Shown here: positions 1 through 12,243 of the stretch, piece after piece
Layout: the number at the start of each line of letters is the position of its first letter
How positions within the stretch are numbered: position 1 is the stretch's first letter
Source of the DNA: Octopus bimaculoides
Lineage: Eukaryota
Length of the DNA: 48,463 nucleotides
NCBI RefSeq assembly: GCF_001194135.2
Contig: NC_068998.1
Span: 49,242,651-49,291,113 of the forward strand
Direction of reading: 5' to 3'
Program-made: the position numbers and the translations under genes
Notes under the pieces: model-generated
Database searches by the model: none
Told to the model about the DNA's origin: nothing
What the model saw: the letters and a program-made list of their open reading frames with translations, nothing else

Positions 1-53
<53 letters not shown>

Positions 54-96
54 TACATACATACATACATACATAAATATTTACACACATACACAT
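1..96. repeat. (AC)n/(ATAC)n microsatellite (probably in intron 2 of paralog A)
   Basis: Direct reading. Confidence 0.95.
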
Positions 97-243
97 ATAT
101 CACTCGGACCTAATTGCCGGAGAGACAGTGGAAAGGGAATTTAATGAAAGTCGAGTCTGACTCCAGAATCGAGAGGTTTATAAAAATATAAACAATACAA
201 GAATACCAGAATGTATGATTTCCATTCATAATTTGCCTTCCAG

Positions 244-1565
244 AACTTTCGACGAATTTATGAACTGCTTCAAGAGATATGCGCTTGTTTGCTTAGATCA
301 TTATAAATTAATACATTTCAAGAGATGCCCGGTAAGTAGCTTTCATTCTCTTCCTTATATTTCCAGTAAAAATGAGCGACTGAGAAATTAACGATTCAAA
401 CAGTTTTGTTTTATTTAAAACATCTAAACAATCATTAATTTTCCTTACTTCACTATTGAAGGAAGAATCGAGAGAAGAAAGCGCAAATTATATTTAGTTA
501 CGATTTTCTTTTCTTTCAATTGAATACTAAATAATGGGGCATAGTAGGTACCGCGATGAAATAAACGTAATGAACCTGAAAATCTATATTGTTTTGTTTG
601 TGAGATTTCTAATCGATTGTAGCATTACGCCTTCTATATTCAGTAGAGGATAATTTTTGACATGGGAATATGACTGAAAATCTATTATTGGCTTTTCACA
701 ATAATTCAACATATTTTACAGAGTACTCATCCGCCAGAGACGGATTTGTGCAATATAGTTGGAGTAAGCAAAACATTTCTATTGCCGCCGAGTCTTCAAT
801 ATATGACAACGATTTCGATGTCAATTCACTGCAATACCCTCGCAACATTCATGTTTTAAACACCGCTCTGTATTTGTTATTACTAACATAGCATGGTAAA
901 CCATTTCAATATGGCTACAATAACGGTAACATAGGCATAAAATATAATGCAAAGCCTCCGGAACGCAAATGGGCATATTATAACGTCCTAAATAAAATAG
1001 AAGTGTTCACAGTAAAATAAACGCGTGAGCTATGTACTAAATATTCCTTGTTTGGGAATGTTAAAAGATGGTTTCAATGTAAGGGCAGTTTTAGCAAATT
1101 TCATTAAGAAACCGCGTAGTCACAATAACATACAATTTCACATTAAGCATAGGAATTAGAATTATGAGAATGAGCTGATTGTTTCATAAGACGAATGTGC
1201 TAGAGTTATCCGTCCAGGTATATTTTGAATATATTTTAATAGTGTACATATGTATAATCTTCATAAAACATATGATATAATATTTATGGCGTTACATGCC
1301 GGTCGCAAATAAAATGATGTGTATGCTTGATTAATATATTCTGTGTCTATATAATCGAAAAACAAAAGCATAGGCCATTCGAAAATTAATGGAAGTAATA
1401 TGAATAGCAGAGTAAAACGTCTCACAAGTAAAACGGTCCCCTAATTCACATTATATTATTGTTTTTTTTTTGTTAAATTTCGAATAACGAATCTTTTTTT
1501 CTATTTACAGCAGCCAGCCAGTATTCGGAGCTGCTATTGTAACTCTATTACTCACACATACATAA
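244..1565 (+). CDS. Paralog A (5'-partial, exons 3-5) of a 6-Cys putative GPI-anchored small protein family
   Basis: Exon 3 244-331 (ttccag|...|gtaagt) = TFDEFMNCFKRYALVCLDHYKLIHFKRCP. Exon 4 722-763 (ttacag|...|gtaagc) = STHPPETDLCNIVG. Exon 5 in the family frame from the AG at 1516-1517: 1518-1565 = PVFGAAIVTLLLTHT*. The first AG (1509-1510) gives QPASIRSCYCNSITHTYIIIYVFIMAL* (1511-1594). Exons 1-2 lie upstream of the window. Confidence 0.8.
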
Positions 1566-2194
1566 TAATTTATGTATTTATTATGGCTCTATAAATACGT
1601 TTGTGTCGTAATAACAAGATTCTAATATTACAAGAGGTCGACTTCACTGCAGATGTCTACAATTTCATACGTGACATTGAGGATATCTAATAATGTACTA
1701 CATTGTATGCTTTAAATATAGATTAAAATATCTTTCTATTTCAACGACTTTTACTGCGTCAGTTTTTGTAATTTTCAAATTGTTTTAAATTCAATATTCC
1801 AAGTATTCACTCGGATGAAAATGGTGCCATACAAGCAGAATCAATAATTGTAAGAAAGGAAGAAATTGTTTTACGTTTCACTGTAAGCCTGAAATTGAGC
1901 ATCAATTAAGATTTAGCATTATGGATCGTGAAGCATAACTTAATAGAAATACTACAATAAGTAGGCCCACACGAGATACTATGACATATATTTTCGAAAT
2001 AAAATCTCTTACGACAATGCATACATTTGAGTGCGAGTCATTAAACGGCACGGTCAGGGATTGGAAAGTATTTGGAAAATAATTCTTCATATATAAAGAT
2101 GTGATACAGTTCTATATTTAAGAGATGAGGAATTATTTACATTATTTACATTATCTACATTTGACGGATATTCGTCCTCATCTTGTTTGTTGTT

Positions 2195-2240
2195 AACACA
2201 ACGTTTCGGCTGATATACCCTCCAGCCTTCGTCAGGTGTC
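2195..2240 (-). ncRNA. Minimal type I hammerhead ribozyme motif
   Basis: Reverse complement reads GACAC-CUGACGA-A-GGCUG(10-nt loop)CAGCC-GAAAC-GUU-GUGUU: helix I 5 bp, helix II 5 bp, palindromic ACGU helix III. Confidence 0.72.
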
Positions 2241-2294
2241 AGGTGTCTTAGTAACATCGATAGGAATGAGAACCCAGGTTCGAAATTTCCCCAA

Positions 2295-2340
2295 GACACC
2301 TGACGAAGGCTGGAGGGTATATCAGCCGAAACGTTGTGTT
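2295..2340 (+). ncRNA. Minimal type I hammerhead ribozyme motif
   Basis: GACAC-CUGACGA-A-GGCUG gagggtatat CAGCC-GAAAC-GUU^GUGUU. Confidence 0.72.
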
Positions 2341-2972
2341 AACAACAAACAAGATGAGGACGAATATCCGTCAAATGTAAATAATGTAAATAATGTAAAG
2401 ATGTGATGTATTCTAATTTTAGAGTAGTATTTAAAGAATGTGGACAAGCATAACTGTGATGAAAGCAATACCATCTTCCATTAGTATTGCTATATCTCAT
2501 GTGGTGATAAAGAGTATAGCTGTCGGAATATCTCAATTAAAATTTGAGTACTCCTTATTTAGATTTGTAATTGTAACTTTCGGGTAATTTAAATATTATG
2601 GGTATAAATTATATAATATGTGTGTGTGCTCACATCTACAACACAGAATATATGACCATTATCCATGAATATAATGCACGTTTTACATTTTATTTCGTTC
2701 TAAATGGCGTGTTTTTAGGTGAGGAAAAGGAGCTAGCTAGAAAGGTATGTTATGTATAATACTTGAAGCAAAATAATGAACGGAAATAAACATTATTTAA
2801 CATTTTCAATTAATGCAAATCCTTGGAAGTACGAAGATTTACGACGTTATCTCAGAAGGAATAGAAAAGATATAGACAAAAAAAGTTAATCCGTGCTGTA
2901 CTGGCGTGGATTTAATAAAATGTTTATCCCTCCAACCGAAATTGCTTGCCTTGTGACAAAATTTGAAACCAT

Positions 2973-3381
2973 TACTCTTTTACTATTTTAATTGTTTCAG
3001 TCATTTGACTACGGCCATGCTTGTGCACCGCCTTTAGTCGAGCAAATCGACCCAGGACTTACTCTTTGGAAGCCTAGTACTTATTCTATCGGTCTCTTTT
3101 GTCGAACCGCTAAGTTACGGAGACGTAAACACACCAGCATCGGTTGTCAAGCGATGTTGGGTGGGGGGACAAACACAAACACCCACACACATGTACATAC
3201 ATTTACATACATATATATACGGCAGGGTTCTTTCAGTTTCCGTCTACCAAATCCACTCACAAGGTTTTGGTCGGCCCGAGGCTATAGTAGAAGACACTTG
3301 CCCAAGGTACCACGCAATGGGACTGAACCCGGAACTATGTGGTTGGTAAGCAAGCTACTTACCACACAGCACTCCTACGCC
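2973..3381 (-). mobile_element. tRNA-derived SINE
   Basis: Pol III A/B box-like head (GTGCTGTGTGGTAAG...GGTTCAGTCCC on the minus strand) and an internal microsatellite. The body matches the copy at 22745-23058. Confidence 0.75.
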
Positions 3382-3392
3382 TATAATGTGGG

Positions 3393-3512
3393 ATGCTTAC
3401 AGCACCTAGGTTTCCCAAGCGGTCACCCATCTAAGTACTCACTAGATTCGACGTTGCATAACTTCGGTGATCGGACGAGAACCGGTGCTATCAGCGTGAT
3501 ATGGCCACAAAC
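3393..3512 (-). pseudogene. 5S rRNA pseudogene (full length, ~120 nt)
   Basis: Reverse complement GTTTGTGGCCATATCACGCTGATAGCACCGGTTCTCGTCCGATCACCGAAGTTATGCAACGTCGAATCTAGTGAGTACTTAGATGGGTGACCGCTTGGGAAACCTAGGTGCTGTAAGCAT matches the metazoan 5S consensus. It has several substitutions, a weakened helix I and no oligo-T terminator. Confidence 0.88.
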
Positions 3513-3979
3513 AAGATGCTTTAGATGCTTTATTTAAATGCTTTACATTTCTCCACGCCACCTAACATTTTCTAAAGTATAATAAAGTGTAACATAAATC
3601 GGTAATGCTTTCAGCGACGTTGAACGGTCAGAAATATATCACGTTCTTCCTTAATAAAATGGAGACATAAAGACCATTCAGACTGAACACATTGTACATG
3701 TAATACTAACTCCTTCAACGCTGTACTGGTACAAACATCTATCACATTTTTATGGAAATACTATTTCCTTGGTCACTCTACAGCAATAAAACTTGAATAT
3801 ATATCATGATATAACATGGCATAAATGAATTTTACAACCCTACCTCGTCACTTGTTGTATGATATCCTATATGATATTAAATTATCAAAGAAATACCATG
3901 TGTACCAAGAAGAGTTATACCGATAACTAAAAAGCAATAGGAAACATATAGATATAGAGGTAAGATACGTCGGCAGAAT

Positions 3980-4043
3980 TTGAAGAGTTCATCACGAAAT
4001 TACACGATGATATATGGCATATTCATTTTCCTTATCATTTCTA
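3980..4043 (+). pseudogene. Extra (relic or alternative) signal-peptide exon 1 upstream of paralog B
   Basis: Reads (TTG)KSSSRNYT-MIYGIFIFLIIS|gtaatt. It has the same 64-nt length and phase as the B and C exon 1, an intact second ATG at 4007, and homologous intron-1 sequence to ~4150. Confidence 0.7.
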
Positions 4044-4176
4044 GTAATTAGCTATATGATAATTTTAATTAATATCTATGAGCAGAATATAGAAACGATA
4101 TAAATGATGTGTTAATACGACTCATCTTTTTCTTACTCATTTTCTCTCATCAGGCATACACACATGCACACATACG

Positions 4177-4246
<70 letters not shown>

Positions 4247-5033
4247 GTAGTTCTATGCTGTCAACTTAATGTGACTGCTATTTTGCCCGAGGAAGCAGCA
4301 CCGCTTCCTGTCGGCCTTGACACATTTCCTGTGTCCTTATATTTACAAGGGGGAGACAAGCACCCCCCACCCAGCTAAGCCTGCATCCAGCGATATGTTT
4401 CTGAGTCTTTGCTCGTCATCAGTCTTGAATAGCAATAGCCTGCTAATTGGAAATGCCTGTCAAGCTCTTGTAAACATATAATAATTCCAGTGAAACACAT
4501 TCACAGATTGTTATATGTAATTCTTTCCGGTATCTCCCTGAGAAATGCAAAGCAAATGTGAAAAATTAAACGGTCTTGTGTAGCCAACGAGAAATCAGGA
4601 TCACTCCCATATTCCACCAGAGTGTTAATATTTATGCTAGAGGCTTATTGGAGGTGTTGAAGATAATGTTTAATCCCTGAATATATGAATTACGCACATT
4701 CTGAAAGAGACGAAATCACTCAAGGAGCAGGTGTATCTACCGAAATTGCTTACCTTTTCAGACAGCTTGAAACGAATATTCAGATGGCTTAAATTCTTCC
4801 ATTTCATCTCAATCTTCCTCACATACAATATGAAAAGTTGATGTATCCTGTGACTATGAATGGTGACAAAAATATACAATATTTTTTCTCAGTAAAATGG
4901 AGACCTGAAAAATCAATAAATTCAGACGGAACCCACTGTATATACAATATTGATTTCCTCCATTATGTACAGGTACATGTATTATGAAATAGCATGTCAT
5001 AGATCAAATTTACTAACCTTCTTCGTAAGTTGA

Positions 5034-5090
5034 AACACATGTTACATCTTTATATGAATTTATAAAAGAAACTGCATTGCGTAAGTCGCG
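5034..5090 (+). promoter_or_regulatory. Core promoter of paralog B (AACACATGTTAC motif + TATAAAA)
   Basis: Motif at 5034-5045 and TATA at 5061, ~35 nt before the ATG. The same layout recurs in all paralogs. Confidence 0.6.
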
Positions 5091-5095
5091 CGAAT

Positions 5096-5318
5096 ATGAA
5101 GACTTCATCACGGAATTACACAATGTTATATTCTATACTTATTTTCTTTCTCATTTCTCGTAAGTAGCATTAAGATAATTATTTCTGAATTTTCATTAAT
5201 ATTTGTGCGTCGAATATAAGTGATGTAGTAATAGAGTTAATCTGATTCATGTTTTTCTTACTGATATTCTCTCCCCATGCATACACACATGCATACATAT
5301 GTAAGCATTATATGCATG

Positions 5319-5355
<37 letters not shown>

Positions 5356-6650
5356 NNNNNNNNNNNNNNNNNNNNNNNNNNNNNNNNNNNNNNNNNNNNN
5401 NNNNNNNNNNNNNNNNNNNNNNNNNNNNNNNNNNNNNNNNNNNNNNNNNNNNNNNNNNNNNNNNNNNNNNNNNNNNNNNNNNNNNNNNNNNNNNNNNNNN
5501 NNNNNNNNNNNNNNNNNNNNNNNNNNNNNNNNNNNNNNNNNNNNNNNNNNNNNNNNNNNNNNNNNNNNNNNNNNNNNNNNNNNNNNNNNNNNNNNNNNNN
5601 NNNNNNNNNNNNNNNNNNNNNNNNNNNNNNNNNNNNNNNNNNNNNNNNNNNNNNNNNNNNNNNNNNNNNNNNNNNNNNNNNNNNNNNNNNNNNNNNNNNN
5701 NNNNNNNNNNNNNNNNNNNNNNNNNNNNNNNNNNNNNNNNNNNNNNNNNNNNNNNNNNNNNNNNNNNNNNNNNNNNNNNNNNNNNNNNNNNNNNNNNNNN
5801 NNNNNNNNNNNNNNNNNNNNNNNNNNNNNNNNNNNNNNNNNNNNNNNNNNNNNNNNNNNNNNNNNNNNNNNNNNNNNNNNNNNNNNNNNNNNNNNNNNNN
5901 NNNNNNNNNNNNNNNNNNNNNNNNNNNNNNNNNNNNNNNNNNNNNNNNNNNNNNNNNNNNNNNNNNNNNNNNNNNNNNNNNNNNNNNNNNNNNNNNNNNN
6001 NNNNNNNNNNNNNNNNNNNNNNNNNNNNNNNNNNNNNNNNNNNNNNNNNNNNAAATATTTTCAAGTTGATTATTCTTTGGATTTACATGTAGTCAACGCA
6101 AAGCAACTAAAATCTGAATATCAAGAAATATTTCTTTTGTTATTTGCATCATTTGCGTTTAATGTTTGCTCAAAATTCCTCAGCAGTTGCGAATTTCTTT
6201 TTTTTTATTACCGAAAACTATGGTTTGTAACATGTTTATAGAGCTGTATTTTGGCTCGAAAACCGGTAAAGAGGGGGATTATTCTAGTAACCCATTTCGT
6301 CCATTCCTCGAGTGTCCAATCCATGGTATCAACTCAGTCCTTTAAAGTACCCTGGTACTGAGCTGGGGCCTGATTTTGAGGGCAATGAACTGCATGCGTT
6401 CGTATGGTAGATCGTCTCTAAGTTGAAGTAAATATGCGAAGTCACAATACCATCGGTGAGGAATTGTTCAGTCGATCTTTTTCGTGAATACAAGTACCCT
6501 AATACAACACTTCCATATCTACGTATCTAGCTATCATCTATATGGGTGTCTATCTCACACTTCATGACTCTACGTATACATGCATATACACACCCATGCG
6601 AGCGCGTACACACGCACACACACATATACTGAAAGAGGGAGAGAGAATGA

Positions 6651-6701
<51 letters not shown>

Positions 6702-8116
6702 AGGACAGTCAATTACGCGGGTAGAAAAATTAGATATAGTAAATATAATATAATAGTTTGGCCATGAAGTTCGACGATTCCATCTTCGAATTAACTTCTC
6801 TGTATTAAAATATCAAATGTAAGAACTTCTTTACCTTGATGATGGGGTCACATCTTATGGTATCTTGATTGCATTCATTACGACATATATTGACCTGAAA
6901 TACATCTACCAGCATTAACATGTCACTAAGCCTCCAGATTTTCGTCTTATGCCACCAGTTTTCTCTTTAGATTGTACTCTGTGTTAATTGGATCTATGAA
7001 TAGAAATATGTATATATCTTTTCTCAAATTTTCATTGTTTGAAGGTCTCAATTTTTTGTTTGGTGTCAATTTTCATGTATACATATATATACATAATTTA
7101 TGTGTCATGCGCAAACATTACCAATCATAAACGTGATAAACAAAGGGAGGCTGTCGCCGAACACCATCACGTATCGGATTCAACAATCACAAATGTGATG
7201 AAGGAGGACGTTCGATATATGGCACGTGTACTGTGAAGTACAGCAAAGAGAATGGAAATTGTTTGATCCGTGACAAGGGGCAAAAGTCATAAGAGAAATC
7301 ACAGACTGTTATGTACAGCTCCGGATACACCCTGAGAGAAATGCACAATGAATGTGATAGATTCAACGGTCATGAATAACCAATGTCACGTCATCTCAAA
7401 TATTCCATCAGAGTCCTAATAATTATGCTGGCGTCTTCGTTGAGATGTTGAAGATGATATTGAATCCCTGGATGAATAAAGTAAGCTCATTCTCACAATG
7501 ACTCCCAGGGATATATGTAACGCCTAACAAGTGAAATTCAATCCAACACGATTTTACGTTTGAAGCATGTTGAATGGGAGACAAATCGACATTCTCACAA
7601 TTTCATAAATTTCTAACAAAATTCATCAAAAAACTAAATTCTATCTATTTTCATCGCCCTCACAATTCCCCGAAATCGAAAATCAAACAGCCATATTTAG
7701 AATGTGTATCATACGAATGCCTAACAAACACAAATGTGTGTTGTTTAACAAAAAAATTATTTTGCAATAACCATTTGATATTTTCAATCCAGACCACACA
7801 TTTTTTAGGTGTCAGCTCAGTGGGACAATTTTGCTTTGGCGAGGGAATGCGTGTGTGTCCTGCTCATTTTAAAGACCCTAGACATAAGTACGAATTCTGC
7901 AGGTATGTGTATTTACATATATATATATATATATATATANNNNNNNNNNNNNNNNNNNNNNNNNNNNNNNNNNNNNNNNNNNNNNNNNNNNNNNNNNNNN
8001 NNNNNNNNNNNNNNNNNNNNNNNNNNNNNNNNNNNNNNNNNNNNNNNNNNNNNNNNNNNNNNNNNNNNNNNNNNNNNNNNNNNNNNNNNNNNNNNNNNNN
8101 NNNNNNNNNNNNNNNN

Positions 8117-8174
<58 letters not shown>

Positions 8175-10174
8175 TTCTGCCCCCTCATTGGAGAAGATAC
8201 ATTACAAACTGTGTTAGGTAACTCTTAGGATGTTTAAGAAGCTCCGAAATGCTAATATCTGGATAATATTATATCTGACATAGATATTAATTGTTTTGTG
8301 TCGTTGTAGAACTACGTAGTTCAAAAGTGATTTGGGTTTTAATCATTGAATTGATTTTGGTCTCATCTGCTTATAACTCTGAGTTACTTGAAAGTGGAGT
8401 CTGATTAAAGTTTTAATTAAGATATAAATAATACAATAATGCCCGAATGTATAATTTCCATTCATAGTCTTACCTTGCAGAAACTTCGAGAACTTTAATA
8501 AGTGTTTCCAGAAGGGATCCGCAAAATGTATACGTGAGTACAAACGAAAACATTCTTACGTGTGTTTTGTAAATATCTTTCATTATCTTACTTATATTTT
8601 GCCTAAAATGAGAGACCGAGACAAAAATGATCTAAAACTAATCGTTGTATTGTAATAATATTAAAAAAAAAACATTAGATTTCCTAAAGTCACCCTTGAA
8701 GGAAAAGAAAAACAAAAAAACGAGCAAAGGATGAATATGTTATTTAGCTACTGTCATATTTTCTTTCAATCCAACTTTAAATAGCATGGTATACAATGTG
8801 CCGTGATAACATAAACGTAATGACGGTCATGGTTACAGTATCTTTGGTAGCCTCTGACTGTCTATTTTGTCTTAGATGCAAGATTTTTAATCGATGATAA
8901 TATTATCACTGCTATATGCAGTAGTGAAAGTTAATCTTTCACTTGGATATATGTCTGAAAATCTATTACTGGTTATGAAACGAAATTTTCACAAAAATTC
9001 AACCTATTTTTCAGACTCCTAAACCGTTGCCGAGCGCCTCGTGCGACATTGTTGGAGTAAGCAAAATATTTCTATTTCCGCTGTCTTCAATATATAATAA
9101 CCATACCGATTTGAAGTATATGTCTTTTTTTTTAATTCACTACAATTCTGTTGCAACATTTCTGCTGTTAACGTAGCTGTGTATTTGTTATAAGGGACAT
9201 AGCATTGTAAACCTTTTCAATAAGACTACAATAAAAATAACATCAGCATAAAACATAATGCAAAGCCTGCGGAACAAAACGGCATATTATAACGTCTCAA
9301 CTGAAATAGAAGTGTTCACAGTAAAAGAAATGCATTAGATATGAAATACATTCTCGATAATGGGGTGCTCGATTCATGATAGGGACACGCTAGATCTATT
9401 CCCGCAGGAAGATTTTGATTTTATTTTAATAACATACGCATAATCTTTATGATAAATATGATGTAATTTTGATGGCGTTACATAAACATTACAAATAAAA
9501 ATATTGCAATGTTTAATGACAATGCTGATTATTACGAGAAAGCATTGGAAAGGAAAGTTCTTAAGAATGGAGCTCTGTAGGTTCCTGTGACGGAACAAGA
9601 ATTTCATAGTAACAGGTCCGTTAATTCCCGTAGAAAAAGAAATAGTTGTAAGACACAGTATAGCCCGGTTATTCTACATCAGCAATTATCATCATCCGTG
9701 AGCGTACATTGGGTTTAACTTCCATAGTATTAAACTTACGTTAGATCACGAAATCTATAAAAGTACAGGATAAAGGCACTGTGTCGGATATATTCTATTC
9801 AGCGTACCTACCCCAAAACATCAATTTTAAGTTAATCAAAGGTATCTGCAATCATATTGCAAGTTTGAAGAACATAGCATAGACTGCGGTCTTATAAAAG
9901 AATCTACCTTAATAATGACATAAAACTATATGTGGACTGATTAATATATGTTGTGTCCATATCATTAATGAAAGCATAAGCCAAATGAAAATTAATGGAA
10001 GTGATAAGAGTAGCACAGTAAAAAGTCTTACCTAATTAACATTAAATGATAGTTGAAATAAATGTTGGAATAACGAATTTTTTCTTCCATTTACAGGTTA
10101 GGAGCGAGTCAGTATACGCAACTGCCGTTGTAACTCTATTACTCAACGTACATAAGTATTTATTATGTCACTGA
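5096..10174 (+). CDS. Paralog B, complete 5-exon gene, 121 aa signal-peptide, 6-Cys, putative GPI-anchored protein
   Basis: join(5096-5159,7809-7902,8481-8568,9015-9056,10097-10174). All introns GT-AG, phases 1,2,0,0. Protein: MKTSSRNYTMLYSILIFFLISRVSSVGQFCFGEGMRVCPAHFKDPRHKYEFCRNFENFNKCFQKGSAKCIREYKRKHSYVCFTPKPLPSASCDIVGVRSESVYATAVVTLLLNVHKYLLCH*. TATA box at 5061. Confidence 0.88.
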
Positions 10175-10631
10175 AAGTACGTATATGTATTAATTTGAAA
10201 AAAATATTCAATGATATAAGTGATAAAAACGGAATTCAAATATTACAAGAGATCGACTTCACTACAGATGACTACAATTTTATACGTGCCATTGAGGATA
10301 TCTAATGATGTCCTACACTGTATGCTTTAAATATAAATTAAATAACTTTGTTGTATTTCATAGATTTTTCCTGCGTTAGTTTTTTGTAATTTGGAAATCG
10401 GTGTAACATTCAAAGTGTTTAAGCGGGCTGAAAATGGTGTCGTATAAACAGAGTACATAATGTTAAGAAATGAAGAAATTATTTTAGGTTTCAACGTAAG
10501 CCTCAAATTGTACATTACTTAAGATTTAGCTAAACTGACTGATCATTTTCTTACTAATTTTCTCTCCTCAAGAATACACACATGCATACATATGTACGCG
10601 CGCGCACACACACACACGTATCATGCTTGTG

Positions 10632-10702
<71 letters not shown>

Positions 10703-11040
10703 CAGTTAGAGGGGTTTACTAACTCTAAGGGGTAAAATATAAACAAATTGAATACACACGAGTGCAATAATGTGCTTTAGGAAACTCAGAACCCACACCA
10801 AAATAATGATAACCCCGCTCTAATTACCCAACGAAACTAACCAGCCTACCACACACTGAAACCTCTACCCAGCGAAATTACCATCGTAAGAACAAAATTT
10901 AATGTAAGTCTTACTACCTTCGCTTCTATTACCATCACATATGTATCAATTATTTTCGCATCCTAACAGATGCATCTATCTATCTTCGCATTCTGAAGAG
11001 ATTTATTTTAGCCAGTAAATCGAAACGATCGTAAATACTA

Positions 11041-11151
11041 CCTTCTTTGCTTCCTTCTTCTTTGCTTCCTTCTTCTTTGCTTCCTTCTTCTTTGCTTCCT
11101 TCTTCTTCGCTTCCTTCTTCTTCGCTTCCTTCTTTGCTTCCTTCTTCTTTG
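11041..11151. repeat. 15-bp minisatellite (TTCTTCTTTGCTTCC)n, ~7 copies
   Basis: Direct reading. Confidence 0.9.
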
Positions 11152-12243
11152 TTATCTAATTAAATTATTACATCTATTTTCTTCTCTCTCACTATATATA
11201 TATATGTACTTATGCTATATTTTCTATATGTGTCTTCCGAAATACAAATCCACAAAGTATAACACCAAACCTAAGTCCCGCTAAAATGCCTGCACATACT
11301 GAATGAGTATCAAAACACGTTTTACTTAATTCTTTTAGCATTCTGTGAACAGAATTTTATTTTCATTCTCATAAAGGAAATGTCTTAAAGCTCATTATCT
11401 TTCGTATATACATGTTAATTATGTAAAAGTCTGAATGAAAATGGAATGACCTTTAAAAAACATCGTCATTTGTGCAAAACCTGTACGTGAAAGGCAAAAA
11501 AAAAAAAAAAAAAAAAANNNNNNNNNNAAAGAATATTTAGAGCCAAATAACAACATGGTCCAGAGTTAACTACAATTGGACAATTATCATTTACATTTCA
11601 AAATGTAGACTTGTGTTAATTGAGTATTAATCATTTAGATTTGTAGCAATAAATTTCCCGTAATTTAATTGCTATCAGTACAAATTATAAAAAAATATTT
11701 GTGTGCTCACATCTAAAACCCAAAATAAACTGATTATTATCCCTCAAATATTGTCCATTCTATCTGTTATTTCGTTCTAATTCATGTATTTTGAGATTTA
11801 AAAAACCGAAAATAAGAGGAAAAGTCGCAGTCCAATTTCCGCCGAGGTTGAATTTTATTAGCTCGTTTGAGGCCTAATAATACATGTACAAGTGAAGTGT
11901 TGGAGTAGATATAACGGAATGTTTATCCAATCCAGGGAAATTGGTTACATCGTCCTAAAATTCGAAACGAATATTGAGAAGGCTTACATTTCTGCGTATT
12001 ATCAAAAAGTTTTCTTAAATACTGCATGAATAGTTAATGTATTCAGTTAAATTCAGGCCGTACACGTTGTATATGTAATATTGACTGCTTCCACTATGCA
12101 CGAGGACAGACATACGTCACAGTTTTATGCAAATTATCTTTAAGACACCTGCCTCGTTGGTGACTGCACAACGACAAATAATGTAAATATATTATGATAT
12201 AGCGTATCAAAAACGAAATTTACATGCCTTCCTTGTCAGTTGA

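Larger units (their letters stand above)
2106..2395. mobile_element. Inverted pair of Penelope-type terminal repeat fragments carrying hammerhead motifs
   Basis: 2145-2240 is the reverse complement of 2295-2390. The pair is flanked by a 12-bp direct repeat TAAAGATGTGAT (2094-2105 and 2396-2407), consistent with a TSD. Confidence 0.7.

Noticed and set aside
670-891. 73-aa ORF from the track
   Set aside because: It crosses exon 4 of paralog A in the wrong frame and runs into intron; the spliced reading explains the conservation.
7809-8568. Assignment of the family to Ly6/three-finger, defensin, conotoxin, insect OBP or Aplysia attractin
   Set aside because: Cys number and spacing do not match (no CCxxxxCN, no CxC/CxxxC defensin motif, no OBP C-x3-C, different attractin spacing). 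Only the evolutionary pattern resembles toxins.
11041-11151. 15-bp tandem array as CRISPR-like or coding repeat
   Set aside because: No spacers and no flanking ORF or splice context; an ordinary minisatellite.
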